64,000 bases of DNA from an uncultured virus (IMG/VR IMGVR_UViG_3300048930_000871) (IMGVR_UViG_3300048930_000871); one strand, 5' to 3'. Positions 1 to 10,096 are shown, counted from the first letter of the stretch. Program-made: numbers and translations. The notes: generated by a model from the letters alone, not told the origin.

Positions 1-190
1 CTGGCCGGTGGCGCCGTGGTCGCCCTGGCCGGTGGCGCCGTGGTCGCCCTGGCCGGTGGCGCCGTGGTCGCCCTGGCCGGTGGCGCCGTGGTCGCCCTGG
101 CCGGTGGCGCCGTGGTCGCCCTGGCCGGTGGCGCCGTGCTGGCCCTGGCCCTGGCCGGTGGCGCCGTGGTCGCCCTGGCCGGTGGCGCCG
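1..190. repeat. 24-bp GC-rich tandem repeat (CTGGCCGGTGGCGCCGTGGTCGCC), about 7.5 copies, cut by the window edge
   Basis: Five perfect copies at 1-120, a 30-bp variant at 121-150, a perfect copy at 151-174 and a partial copy to 190. Confidence 0.95.
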
Positions 191-750
191 CAACCGCCTG
201 GTAGAACATTGCGTTGCCGTAAAGGCTTTTTACGGGCTCAAGGGCTTTTCGCCGTAATTATTTGTGCCGCTAGCGTACCATCTTGCCAGGTGTCTGTTCG
301 CAGGCTTTTACGGTAGATTCGGATTTTCGCCGTAATTCTTACGGTCAAGTAAATCCCATCGTTTCTTCAGCGTTCTAAATTCGTTTCGCAGTCGCTAGGT
401 ATTTTCGGTTCGCTTGCGGTCCGTCTTCCGCCGTCAAGGTTCCGTCCATCCGCCTAGTCGCTAGTCTGTCCGTCACCGGATCTGCTCATTTTCGCGTCAA
501 CTTTCCGGTCGTCCGTTGTCCGTTTCATTTTTGGTCTTCAAAGCGGTTTCCGGTTCTCCGCCTCCTCCCCAGCATCGCGGCTCGCCTTTCGGGCACCAGT
601 TTCGCTTTTTGAAACGGACATTTCTTCGTGTCAGCCTCGTGTCGTCGCCAGAAATCGTCATGTCGGTTTCGTGTCATCTTCGTGTCGGTTTCGTGTCGGC
701 TCCTCGGCTAATCATTAAGATCCAGCGATTATGGATTACAGCCCAGATAC

Positions 751-945
751 CCCTATATGGAGATTAAGACAAATCTGGGCATCTGACGAAATGACTTTCA
801 GCCAGATCTTGTTCTGGACACGATTTCTTCGTCAATCGAAAGATCCATCCTCTGTTCATTAAGATCGAGCGATTACGGTCTTACGATCTAGCGCACCCTA
901 TATGGAGATTAAGACAAATCTGGGCATCTGACGAAATGACTTTCA
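751..945 (+). repeat. 50-bp perfect direct repeat (751-800 and 896-945)
   Basis: CCCTATATGGAGATTAAGACAAATCTGGGCATCTGACGAAATGACTTTCA occurs twice; each copy is preceded by a degenerate CATTAAGATC-AGCGATTA segment (713, 857). Confidence 0.95.
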
Positions 946-1318
946 AACATGCGACCCTCCTGCCGGGCTGCCGGCCGCGAGCGAAAGAAAACCCCCCGCC
1001 GCATGGCGCCCGGATATGTCTCCGGGTGTCCTAGAACTATCCCTGATACTCAGCCTGATGTGTCCTGGCACCCACGGCAGTCGAGTGTGGATGAAGTTTG
1101 GGGTTTGCCTAGATTCATTTGTCGACCTATTCACCGAAATTAGCCGGGAACTATCTTTCTGTGAATGGCGTGCTCGCCAACCGGCCTCAGCCGAACAGTT
1201 TGACCCCAGGGGACGGGGGGTGGCTCCCATAGGGGGATTAGGGCGAATACCCACCCCCCGGAACGACCATAGGCCTGAGTACCTACTCCTGAGGCTTAAA
1301 TGCCTTTCTGGCAGACTT

Positions 1319-1564
1319 CCGACCTACCCCGGCTTACCCCGACCTCGCCAGCGTCGCCTCGAGACAAGGTCCCCCCCAAGGTCGCCCTCGCGCCAGCGGT
1401 TTTCCTACTTCTAGACCCTCTTGACCTACCCCGACCTACCCCTTTTATATATATCGTTAAAAGGTAAGTAGGTATAGTAGGTAGAGGGAGCCATAGGGAG
1501 TAAGAAAAGTGGATATATGGCTTAAAGGTTGTGCCAGGGGGTAGGTCGGGGGGGGGTAGGTCGG
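1319..1564. other. Candidate replication origin: inverted CCGACCTACC repeats around an AT-rich core
   Basis: CCGACCTACC at 1319 and 1431 (partial at 1422); reverse complement GGTAGGTCGG at 1540 and 1555; core CCTTTTATATATATCGTTAAAAGG at 1441-1464; lies just downstream of the primase-helicase gene. Confidence 0.5.
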
Positions 1565-1642
1565 TTCGCACGGTTATAAACGGCCTGCTAGAGCCGACCT
1601 TGGGGTACCCCAAGGCCCCCCACAAGTCTAGAAGGCAACAAT

Positions 1643-3949
1643 CTACGAGCTACCGCCGTCAACCGGGCCGGTTTCCGCATATAGACCCCTAATTAGTAGG
1701 TCAGCGAAATTATATCGCGACTGCAATAACTGTAAGTCATGCTGGTGGCACCACACCGGTCTACGGTCGCTCTTACCATGCCGACGACGGTAATTGGCCC
1801 CCGCAGCACTTCTGAGAGTGCAATATCCGAAGTCCTTCATCTTCGCGACAATATCGTCGATTCCGACGTTCTTGTACTCCTTGTTCACGTACCGTGCGAC
1901 CTCCATTCCATAGAACACTGCCGGCTGCTTACCATCGGCTTCCTGGTCCTCGATGTCGCTGAGTGTCATTCGCAGCTTCTGCTCCCAGGGCCTCAGCGAG
2001 GCAATTTCGAGATCTCGCCACACCTTCTGTCGGCGAGCCCTTCCCGTCACTACTTGTATTCCCTGGGGGGTAAACGTCCCGACCAGGTGCTTCGCGGCCG
2101 CGTACAGGAGATCTATGAAGTACGGATCCTGCATGATCGGGACCCACTTGGTGAAGAATTTCCGCATGCGATTGCGGCCACGGATAGTTTCCGGGTGCGC
2201 GCACCGGACGAAGTAGAATCTGTCGTTGCCTCGTTCCAGCGAAAACGGCACTCGTTCATTCGTGGCGCCGAACCAATGGATCACGTTTTCACGCGTTTCG
2301 TCGTTGCGATACTTCTCGCGGATGGTGATGTGCGAGTTTCCGACCAGTTCCTTCATCCGCCCAGCATTCTGCTTCCTGGTCATGTCGTCGCTGTGGATTT
2401 CGTGGATACAGGCGACGACCTTATCCTTGATGGAATCATTGAACGATTTGAAGATACTATCCGGGAATACTGCTCCAGCGCGATCGCGCCCGGCCACATC
2501 CACGAGCAGGTCCAGGAACACCGACTTCCCGATACCGGAGTTTCCCTGAAGGATGACCATGTGGTCCGGGCGGACATCCCCCCGCGCCACTGCCCAGGCG
2601 GCCCGGCGGAGGAGATGCTTTCGCTGTTTCACGTCCGGAATCATGTTCTTCAACCAGCCGTTCCGCAATTCCTCGTATAACTCGCGGGACAGAGGCCTGG
2701 CTACAAGATGCGAACGTATGCTCGGGGGGCAGATGTTGATGCGGCCATCCGGCATGCGCCCGTACATGAACTTCGGCGTGAACGTACGACCAACGAACGG
2801 ATTTGCCACCGAATTCACGATCTTCCGGGCGGAGTTTGGCCCGTATTCCGTATTCATTGATCCCAGAGGTATGGGTTGATAACCGCTGCTCTTCTGGTAC
2901 ACTTCGCCGTTCACCGAATCCACGAACGAACGAGTACACCATTCCGCGAGGATATTTCCCCCAGCATCGAATGGGCTTTCCACCGTCTTAATGCGATCCA
3001 ATATCTGCGTGCGAGTGATGTTGGCGATGAACGGGCATGGCTCGTCACCCCAGTCCCACCGTGGGTTCTGCTTGATGTCCCCGTCGCTCCACTGAACATA
3101 CTCAACGACCTCACCCATCTGCGAGATCTTTCGCGCGAGCATGCGGGCGTTCTGTACGCCAGGGTTGTCCATGTCCGGCCACACCACGACTTTCTTGCCG
3201 CGGAGGGGGGACCAGTCAGTCCACTCCATGCCGATATCGCTGCCGTGCCAGCCGACGTGGTTGAAGACGTCCATCCAGTTTCCCAGACGACTATGCATCA
3301 TCGTCTCCGGGTCAATAGCCAGGAGATTGGCTGCTCGTTCGGCGCCTTTCCACGATTTCGGCCCTTCGTGGATCATTACCGGCTTGCCTTCGGCCAGACG
3401 CAGGCCCGGGAGACCAAACATGGGGAGATCGTAATGCGGCGCTCCGTACATCTGATACCAGCCGCCGTTCCACAGCCAGAGAATGTATCGCTTGTCCTTG
3501 CCCGCCCCGATGCGGGTGACGATGCCCGCGCAACGCTTTTCATCCAGCATCAGGTGCCAGCGCGCGACCTCGTCATCAGACTGCTCCAGGGGGGAATCCG
3601 GCGAGGTCCAACATTCGGCGATGTCAGAATCACCCATTTCGATGAGATCATCCGCGATTTCTTTCAGCTCGGCGCGTTCCTTCTTCGTCATGTAGACGCC
3701 ATCGCGGTCAAACAGAAGATCCGAAGATATCAGCTTATAGTCTTTCGGACCGAATGTGACATCGTCCGAATCACCCACAAAGGTCCGCTCCGCGCCGATC
3801 AGGCGACAAGGAGATGCTACCACCATGTTTCTCTTGTGGGCGAATGTGCGCCACCAGCGAAGGGCGCGTTGGAAATTCGGGGGCTCGCGTGGTGCCCTGA
3901 GCTGGACTACGTTGCTTTTCGAACGCTTGATCTTCTGGTTGTCAGACAT
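1643..3949 (-). CDS. DNA primase-helicase (TOPRIM + SF3/DUF5906-type NTPase)
   Basis: TOPRIM motifs IHEGPK and VWPDMD; Walker A GNSGIGKS; Walker B-like CIHE; ATN and DRFYFV motifs. Confidence 0.85.
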   Translation of the reverse strand: MSDNQKIKRSKSNVVQLRAPREPPNFQRALRWWRTFAHKRNMVVASPCRLIGAERTFVGDSDDVTFGPKDYKLISSDLLFDRDGVYMTKKERAELKEIADDLIEMGDSDIAECWTSPDSPLEQSDDEVARWHLMLDEKRCAGIVTRIGAGKDKRYILWLWNGGWYQMYGAPHYDLPMFGLPGLRLAEGKPVMIHEGPKSWKGAERAANLLAIDPETMMHSRLGNWMDVFNHVGWHGSDIGMEWTDWSPLRGKKVVVWPDMDNPGVQNARMLARKISQMGEVVEYVQWSDGDIKQNPRWDWGDEPCPFIANITRTQILDRIKTVESPFDAGGNILAEWCTRSFVDSVNGEVYQKSSGYQPIPLGSMNTEYGPNSARKIVNSVANPFVGRTFTPKFMYGRMPDGRINICPPSIRSHLVARPLSRELYEELRNGWLKNMIPDVKQRKHLLRRAAWAVARGDVRPDHMVILQGNSGIGKSVFLDLLVDVAGRDRAGAVFPDSIFKSFNDSIKDKVVACIHEIHSDDMTRKQNAGRMKELVGNSHITIREKYRNDETRENVIHWFGATNERVPFSLERGNDRFYFVRCAHPETIRGRNRMRKFFTKWVPIMQDPYFIDLLYAAAKHLVGTFTPQGIQVVTGRARRQKVWRDLEIASLRPWEQKLRMTLSDIEDQEADGKQPAVFYGMEVARYVNKEYKNVGIDDIVAKMKDFGYCTLRSAAGANYRRRHGKSDRRPVWCHQHDLQLLQSRYNFADLLIRGLYAETGPVDGGSS

Positions 3950-4160
3950 TCTGTCCCCCCTGCTGGGCGACGGTGGCGATGCTTTCGACCGACAGCACCT
4001 GTCCGTCAGCGTCTTCTGTGTATATCAAGTGACCGACCCTATCCCTTTCAGCCTTTGGCAGATTCTGCAGCCAATTGTCCATGTGATGCTTGATCTGTAT
4101 GCTGTCCCTCCCATATGCGCTGACCGCGTACCGGAAGACGTGCTGAAGTGCCGAAGACAT
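3942..4160 (-). CDS. hypothetical protein
   Basis: 72-aa ORF overlapping the primase start; GAGAG upstream. Confidence 0.55.
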   Translation of the reverse strand: MSSALQHVFRYAVSAYGRDSIQIKHHMDNWLQNLPKAERDRVGHLIYTEDADGQVLSVESIATVAQQGGQNV

Positions 4161-4369
4161 GAACTGCTCTCCCTCATAGCAAAGCCTGCCACCATAGCCC
4201 TACCGCAAAACCGGGAGCAAGCATGCCAAGCCCTATGGCCCCGACCATGTCCCGAGACACATCATGTGGTACGGGCACCGGCCGGAAAAATACCGCTTGG
4301 TGTCGCCAAAAGTCTTGCGTTATACTTGGTCTGTCGGCGTAAACCCGTCGAACGGAAGGATGTGAGAAC

Positions 4370-4771
4370 ATGTCGGATATACTATCCCCAGAGTACACCA
4401 GTACCCTGGAGTCATTCGCCCCTGGGTGGTTCCTGGATCTCTGCGAAGGCGCAGGGCTGTTGGACCCCTACCTGGAGGACCCGAATCACAATCAACGAAC
4501 CATCCTTGCCGCGGTCGTCGCATCGCTGAACGAGAAGCGCAAGACAAGTTCGTTCGGCCATCGCCAAATGTGGCTCGTGTTCCCCTCAATCGCGTATGTC
4601 GATGGCAAGATGGTGAACCATGGCCCCGGCCAGGTCCGCCTTGTCCCGCAGGAGTTCCACTTTTCGGTGACCAACCTGTCCCGGACGGTGGCCTCGCTGA
4701 CCAAGCTGCGCGATGAAACGGAGAAGGTGCTGATCGCGATGTACGCCGGGCACCGGGGAGGTGTGTCATGA
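4370..4771 (+). CDS. hypothetical protein
   Basis: First gene of the + operon; ATGA overlap with the next gene. Confidence 0.7.
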   Translation: MSDILSPEYTSTLESFAPGWFLDLCEGAGLLDPYLEDPNHNQRTILAAVVASLNEKRKTSSFGHRQMWLVFPSIAYVDGKMVNHGPGQVRLVPQEFHFSVTNLSRTVASLTKLRDETEKVLIAMYAGHRGGVS

Positions 4772-5331
4772 GCAGGAAGGTCAACAGGCTTCTGGCTGAG
4801 TTCTATGACCTGACCTTGGAGATTCAGCGCATCCAGAATGTGCTGACGAAGAAGCAGGCTCGGGCGAACATGCTGTGCGAGGTCGACATCCCGGAAGCCA
4901 TGACCGAAATCGGCTCGTACAAGCACGCCGCCGACGACGGCTCCAACCTGACCTGCACGGTCGAGACCAAGATGTACGGCAGTCTCCCGAGCAAGGATGA
5001 TCCCGAACGCCGCTACGCCGCCATCGACTACCTGAAGGAGAACGATGGCGCCGAACTGGTGAAGTCCAAGGTCATCATTGAATACGACAAGGGCGACATC
5101 AGGGGGGCCAACAAGATGTTCCGGTTCCTGACCAAGTCCCTGCCAGAGCTGAAGAAGCGGAATTCGTGGGAGCTGGACCTCAACCACCCCATCTTGGTCG
5201 ACAGCGATGTCCACCATAGCAGCCTCGCTGCCTGGGGCCGGCAACGGGTCAAGGACAATCTCCCGACGGACCTTGGACTAGTAGGTCTTCGTTCGCGAAC
5301 TGTGGCAACCGTGAAGAAGGTGGAGAAGTAA
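4768..5331 (+). CDS. phage hypothetical protein (replication region)
   Basis: GGAGG RBS, strongly biased codons, coupled to neighbours. Confidence 0.75.
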   Translation: MSRKVNRLLAEFYDLTLEIQRIQNVLTKKQARANMLCEVDIPEAMTEIGSYKHAADDGSNLTCTVETKMYGSLPSKDDPERRYAAIDYLKENDGAELVKSKVIIEYDKGDIRGANKMFRFLTKSLPELKKRNSWELDLNHPILVDSDVHHSSLAAWGRQRVKDNLPTDLGLVGLRSRTVATVKKVEK

Positions 5332-5332
5332 G

Positions 5333-5746
5333 ATGGCGAAGACCATCGTTCGCAGGCAGAAGTCCCTGCCGCTGTCGAAACCCCCCGTCGTGGAATGGTT
5401 GCCAGTGGAGCGCTATCCCGGGCTGGATGAGAACGTGCGGGGAGCGCGGGTGTTCCGAACGAAGGACGGACCTCTACGGTTTAGAATCGTCAATCAACGA
5501 TGGGGCGATGCCCGTGTCATAGCGTGGCCGGCAGTCGTAGCCATTGCCAACGAGCGTCGTATCCGCTTTCGTGGAACAGACGATGCCCCCATCGAGTTTG
5601 GCGTGATCCTGTACGATGAGGAGAAGGTGTCCGAGTGGCGGGACCAGGAAGACTTTCCCGATTTCCACGAGGAGAACGTGTACATCAGCAATCCAGATTT
5701 TGTGCTGATGACCCTCGACTGGAAGATATCGCGGCGACGGCCGTAA
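5333..5746 (+). CDS. hypothetical protein
   Basis: Tightly packed ORF with GGAG RBS. Confidence 0.7.
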   Translation: MAKTIVRRQKSLPLSKPPVVEWLPVERYPGLDENVRGARVFRTKDGPLRFRIVNQRWGDARVIAWPAVVAIANERRIRFRGTDDAPIEFGVILYDEEKVSEWRDQEDFPDFHEENVYISNPDFVLMTLDWKISRRRP

Positions 5747-5762
5747 CCAGGGAGTGACGAAC

Positions 5763-6422
5763 ATGCCCTGGCGGATGGGAAAGACCATAATCTACCGCAG
5801 GAAGACCATAGTCGACCTCTGCGGGGGGACGGGTTCCTGGAGCGATCCTTGGAGGGAGGCCGGGTACGAGGTTCATGTGGTGGATCAAGATCCAACCCTT
5901 CGCCCGGACCATTTCTTGAGCGTGCAGCAGTTCGGTAGACACCTCAGGGAACGTACTGTCCACCTGCAACCCGTGTGGGGCGTTCTGGCGGCTCCCCCCT
6001 GCACGCACTTTGCGAATTCAGGATCAAGGAACTGGCACCTGTACGATGAGGATGGTAGAACCGAGCAGTCTACCCACGTCCTCCGCGTGTGCCTGCGCCT
6101 GATCGAAGATCTCCAGCCTGCATGGTGGGCGTTGGAGAATCCACCCGGGCGGATCGTGGCCGATATTCTCGGACCGCCGTCCTGGTCCTTTCAACCGTAC
6201 GAATATGGAGATGCCTATAGCAAACGAACGCTGATCTGGGGAACTGCCCGGAAGCCAGAACCTACGACACCAGACTTGAAACCCGTCGCTATTTCCCCTG
6301 GGCAACGCCTAGGTGGAGCCAGCCCCAAGACGAAGACCCTTCGCAGCATGACGCCTCGAGGATTCGCCGAAGCCTTTTTCCACGCGAACAAGCAAAAGGA
6401 ACTCTCCCATGCCCATGGCTAA
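5763..6422 (+). CDS. small DNA cytosine-C5 methyltransferase
   Basis: Motif I DLCGGTG, motif IV APPCTHF, motif VI LENP, KRT; start could be 5754, 5763 or 5775. Confidence 0.8.
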   Translation: MPWRMGKTIIYRRKTIVDLCGGTGSWSDPWREAGYEVHVVDQDPTLRPDHFLSVQQFGRHLRERTVHLQPVWGVLAAPPCTHFANSGSRNWHLYDEDGRTEQSTHVLRVCLRLIEDLQPAWWALENPPGRIVADILGPPSWSFQPYEYGDAYSKRTLIWGTARKPEPTTPDLKPVAISPGQRLGGASPKTKTLRSMTPRGFAEAFFHANKQKELSHAHG

Positions 6423-7221
6423 GAAGCCCACCACCGGCACCGGCCAGAATGTTGTGCCAATGAAGAATAAGTCCACTGCGGTGAGCACCCAGCGGGCGAT
6501 CGACCCATTCGCCGATGCCGGCAAGGGCGCCGAGAATATGCAGGCACGGGATCTGATCATCCCCCGCCTGACCCTCCTGCATGAGATGTCGAAGGTGACC
6601 AAGAAGTCGCGTCCGGAATACATCAAGGGCGCGACCGGCGGCCAGTTCTGCATCAGCGCCCTCCAGCGTCTGTATGATGGCGAGGAGGGAATCTATCTCA
6701 TCCCGCTCCTCTACAGCCGCCGGCTGATCGAATGGACCCCGATCGACGCGGGGGGTGGCCTTGTCCGGATGGATGTTCCGGAGGAGGAAGTGGAGGACAT
6801 GGAGCGGAAGAACCCCGGCGTCTATCTGACGGACAACGATACCGAGATCGTGGTCACCCCAGAGTACTATGCCCTGGTGGTGGATGACGATACCGGCCAG
6901 TCCCAGCCGGTGGTCATTTCGCTGACCGGCAAGAAGGCCGCCGTGTCGAAGCGTTGGAACACGCTGATCATGTCCCAGCGTGCCATCAATCCGGCGACGA
7001 ACGAAGAAGTGCAGATGCCCTTCTGGTTCAACACCTACCACATGACCGCGGTCGCCGACAACAACGAGAAGGGCGACTACTGGATCCCGAGTGTGACGGT
7101 GTTCCAGGAGACGCTGAAGCTGGATCACGGCGAACAGTTCTACCGCCGGGCCAAGGAATTCTATGCCGCGGTCAAGTCCGGCGTGGCGAAGGCTGCGGAC
7201 GTCGAAGACAGCGACCGGTAA
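6409..7221 (+). CDS. putative single-stranded DNA-binding protein
   Basis: DLIIPRLTLL motif typical of phage SSB-like proteins, acidic C-terminus, biased codons, followed by a hairpin. Confidence 0.5.
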   Translation: MPMAKKPTTGTGQNVVPMKNKSTAVSTQRAIDPFADAGKGAENMQARDLIIPRLTLLHEMSKVTKKSRPEYIKGATGGQFCISALQRLYDGEEGIYLIPLLYSRRLIEWTPIDAGGGLVRMDVPEEEVEDMERKNPGVYLTDNDTEIVVTPEYYALVVDDDTGQSQPVVISLTGKKAAVSKRWNTLIMSQRAINPATNEEVQMPFWFNTYHMTAVADNNEKGDYWIPSVTVFQETLKLDHGEQFYRRAKEFYAAVKSGVAKAADVEDSDR

Positions 7222-7245
7222 ATTCCTAACTGGTCTAGCTACAGG

Positions 7246-7277
7246 CGGGGGTGGTGAGGCAGAAACTGCCACCCCCG
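7246..7277 (+). terminator. GC-rich hairpin after the SSB-like gene
   Basis: CGGGGGTGG...CCACCCCCG inverted repeat; no clear U-tract. Confidence 0.45.
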
Positions 7278-7452
7278 AATAGAGACAACCTGCCCCTAAA
7301 TAGACGGCGCCAGCGGTTTTTGCGCCCTGGGTGCCACCCTACCACCGGCCCACGCGCGCAAAGGCTCTGGCGGCCTCTAATTAGGTTCGCATTTGCGTTC
7401 TAGTTACGGGGCTGCTACCGTGGCTTGCCCATACCGGGCTAGAGGAGGGTTC

Positions 7453-7839
7453 ATGTCTCTTTACAACGCGCTATTCCAGCACCAGCCGTTCGCGCATGTC
7501 GTCCCTGTCTTATTACACCTGAACACAGAGTCGATACCGCGAAGCCGGGATGCTTGGGTGGAGAATCACCCTGAGCATGAATTTCAGCTCGTTATCCTGA
7601 CACGCACGGGCGGGGGGAATCGAGCTGAATATGTGGAAGGCAACGGAATGATGGCGTCTCATCCGCTTTACCTGCGTGATGAAGACGACCCGTTCGACTC
7701 AACCTACGCCAAGTTCTACTTCAAGTGCCCCCCTGAGGCGCTGGGAGTGGCGAAGGAAATCATCCAGCGTCAGTCGCCAAACCCTGGTGACTTGAAATCG
7801 CGATTTGAGGAGGTGTTGGACCTGATCAAGCGTCGCTGA
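7453..7839 (+). CDS. phage hypothetical protein
   Basis: AGGAGG RBS before ATG 7453; TRTGGGNR and DDPFDSTYA motifs. Confidence 0.75.
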   Translation: MSLYNALFQHQPFAHVVPVLLHLNTESIPRSRDAWVENHPEHEFQLVILTRTGGGNRAEYVEGNGMMASHPLYLRDEDDPFDSTYAKFYFKCPPEALGVAKEIIQRQSPNPGDLKSRFEEVLDLIKRR

Positions 7840-7851
7840 ATCTACAACCCG

Positions 7852-8889
7852 ATGGAGATAAACATGGTCGGAATGCGAAAGACGAAGAATTCGAGCACCA
7901 AGTTCAGGGGAGCCTATCCTGAGCAGCCGTTGGAAATCGGGAAGATGGTTCCTGTTACGCTCCGGCATGTCGACGGCAGCGTTATCTATGAGGGAACGCA
8001 TGCGTCCTTCTTGGACATGCTGGAGGCCCGTGCGAAAGATTACAGGTCATCGCACTTTGCGGACCTTCGCGGACAAAAGCTGTCGGGTCTGGCTGTCACG
8101 AACGTGGGGTTCTCGAACAGCGACTTCACGGACGCGGCGCTGTGTGGTGCGCTGTTCAGCAGCTGCATCCTGAGCAGATCCATCCTCAAGGCGAAGTCCA
8201 TGAACAACACGGTGTTCACGAACTGTAGTATCGAAAGCGCAGATTTCTCTGGGGTGAATCTGGAGGACACCAAGTTCGTCGACTGTGCTCTCTACGGTTC
8301 CTCGTTCAGGGGAGCACGGGTTTCCAGAGGAACCTTCTCGAATTGTATTCCCATGAACCCCAATCTTGTGGGGGCCATATTCTCAACGGAAGATTCCTCT
8401 CTGGATGACGAGGATGACGAGGATGACACCGACGAGAAGATGACTCTTGGCCTCGGCATGGTCAGCAAGATTCGCCGTACCGACGGATACGATTTCCTTC
8501 TGCTACACTTCCTCGACGGCAGATGGATGATCGCCGCCGGCTGTCGGTTCTTCACCATGGAAAAGGCCGAGCATCACTGGAAGGTTTCACGTGGGGGGAC
8601 GCCGCTCGGTCGTCAGACCATGGCGATTCTTGAATTGTTCAAGACACTGATCGAGCAGAATGAATCGGATGCTCGAACCGTCGTCGATTCGTACAATCGA
8701 ATGCTCGAACGAGAAGCCAGGGAATTGGAAGAAGCCAAGAGATCGGCGGAATCCGAAAAGGCTGCAGAAAAGCTGGAAATCCCCCCAGCAGTGGAGGATG
8801 TTCCCTATGCGGAACCCGCTCCGGTGGCTGAATCTGTTCCGGCGGAAGAACCCGCTGCGGACACTGTTCCTTCCTCCGAGAATCTCTGA
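7852..8889 (+). CDS. pentapeptide-repeat protein
   Basis: Repeats such as ADLRG, SDFTD, AALCG, ADFSG, VNLED, SSFRG; C-terminal IAAGCRFF motif; acidic tail. Confidence 0.85.
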   Translation: MEINMVGMRKTKNSSTKFRGAYPEQPLEIGKMVPVTLRHVDGSVIYEGTHASFLDMLEARAKDYRSSHFADLRGQKLSGLAVTNVGFSNSDFTDAALCGALFSSCILSRSILKAKSMNNTVFTNCSIESADFSGVNLEDTKFVDCALYGSSFRGARVSRGTFSNCIPMNPNLVGAIFSTEDSSLDDEDDEDDTDEKMTLGLGMVSKIRRTDGYDFLLLHFLDGRWMIAAGCRFFTMEKAEHHWKVSRGGTPLGRQTMAILELFKTLIEQNESDARTVVDSYNRMLEREARELEEAKRSAESEKAAEKLEIPPAVEDVPYAEPAPVAESVPAEEPAADTVPSSENL

Positions 8890-8944
8890 CACCAACCACG
8901 GGGAGGCGCGGGCATCCGCGTCTCTTCCTGTAGAGGAATATCCC

Positions 8945-9292
8945 ATGTCGATGTCTCGAGATCGTGTCCACTTTGAGCTGGACACCTACAACCTGAACCA
9001 CGCCACTCGCAAGGCGTTCAAGCAGGCTTTTGGAACAGACCTTGTCGTGTCTTATCCGAAGCCGGGTTCGCCGACTGTGGCCACGATGAAGATCATTTGT
9101 CGGCCAAGCCAGTTCGCGCGATTCTTGATATATCGGGAAATGGCAGGGGGCCAGAATCTATTCAAGGCCCTGAAGGCGCATCTGGAACCGGCTGAACTTC
9201 CAGTGCCGATCATGGATGTCTCCAGCAACCAGAACGTGCCGATCGAGTTCCGCAAGAAATCGGCCATTCCCTGCGATGGTGACGAGGACTGA
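8945..9292 (+). CDS. hypothetical protein
   Basis: GAGGA RBS before ATG 8945. Confidence 0.65.
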   Translation: MSMSRDRVHFELDTYNLNHATRKAFKQAFGTDLVVSYPKPGSPTVATMKIICRPSQFARFLIYREMAGGQNLFKALKAHLEPAELPVPIMDVSSNQNVPIEFRKKSAIPCDGDED

Positions 9293-9295
9293 TCT

Positions 9296-9553
9296 ATGGC
9301 GCCCGTATCGAAAGCCCGTCTTAAGCGGCACCTCAAAGAAATGATGGATGCCGCGCAAGAGAAAACCCCAGAAGGACACATACTTCTGGTGATCTGCGCA
9401 CCTGAGATGAACAACCCCAACGGCGGGGAAGTCCCAGTCGTGTTCGCCAGCAACACATCTCTCCAGTCCATGAAAGAACTGGTGGCTGGGCTGGCAAAGA
9501 TAATCGACGGTCATATAGAGGATATGAAAAATGGCGAATCCACGAAGCATTGA
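9296..9553 (+). CDS. hypothetical protein
   Basis: Packed ORF with RBS. Confidence 0.65.
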   Translation: MAPVSKARLKRHLKEMMDAAQEKTPEGHILLVICAPEMNNPNGGEVPVVFASNTSLQSMKELVAGLAKIIDGHIEDMKNGESTKH

Positions 9554-9887
9554 TGTCCGCCGCACCCTCCAGCTGATGTCCGCTTGTCCCTCGGGGGCAG
9601 CCAATATCCTTTCCGCGTGGGGAAAGAAAGTGAATGTCACTGGCCCGAATATAGCAAAGGCCATCCGTTATCACTCACACTCGAGAGTGATAGACTTTCT
9701 GTCGCTTGGGCTGGACTACACTCCAAAGGCAAGGGAGTTCTTGTCCGACCTATGCGCCAACATTCGCAATCCCGTTATCGGGAGAAGCAAGTATTGGAAT
9801 CTTGATTATGACCAGCGAGAAGAAGTCATAATCCGGGTAGTGACTGCCCACGCCTTGGCCTGGATAGAGGAGATGGAAAAGCCATGA
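9531..9887 (+). CDS. hypothetical protein
   Basis: Overlaps neighbours in operon fashion. Confidence 0.6.
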   Translation: MANPRSIDVRRTLQLMSACPSGAANILSAWGKKVNVTGPNIAKAIRYHSHSRVIDFLSLGLDYTPKAREFLSDLCANIRNPVIGRSKYWNLDYDQREEVIIRVVTAHALAWIEEMEKP

Positions 9888-10096
9888 GCATCACCTTGTG
9901 CCACACCCCCTCGCCAGTCACCAAACTGGAGGCCGACCTTTACTTGAAGATAAGGGAAGCTCACTGCGCCAGCAAGGAACGTGACCATCCTTGTCTGGGG
10001 GTAGTGACCATCGGGCCGTCGAGCGTGATCCTTCAGTGCCCCAAATGTGGCGACTACAAGGGGCTGGTGACTAAGAACCCGCCCTGTGGTCCCTGA
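9884..10096 (+). CDS. small putative zinc-ribbon protein
   Basis: Cys/His-rich, CPKCG; ATGA overlap. Confidence 0.6.
   Translation: MSITLCHTPSPVTKLEADLYLKIREAHCASKERDHPCLGVVTIGPSSVILQCPKCGDYKGLVTKNPPCGP

Noticed and set aside
1..945. CRISPR array
   Set aside because: The 24-bp units have no spacers, the 50-bp repeat has only two copies, and there are no cas genes.
8..1625. ORFs listed in the left-end region
   Set aside because: They are repeat-derived or lack an RBS and recognisable motifs; treated as non-coding.
1739..4093. Long + strand ORFs opposite the primase, and similar antisense ORFs opposite the tail and capsid genes
   Set aside because: Typical antisense shadows in GC-rich DNA, with no motifs or RBS.
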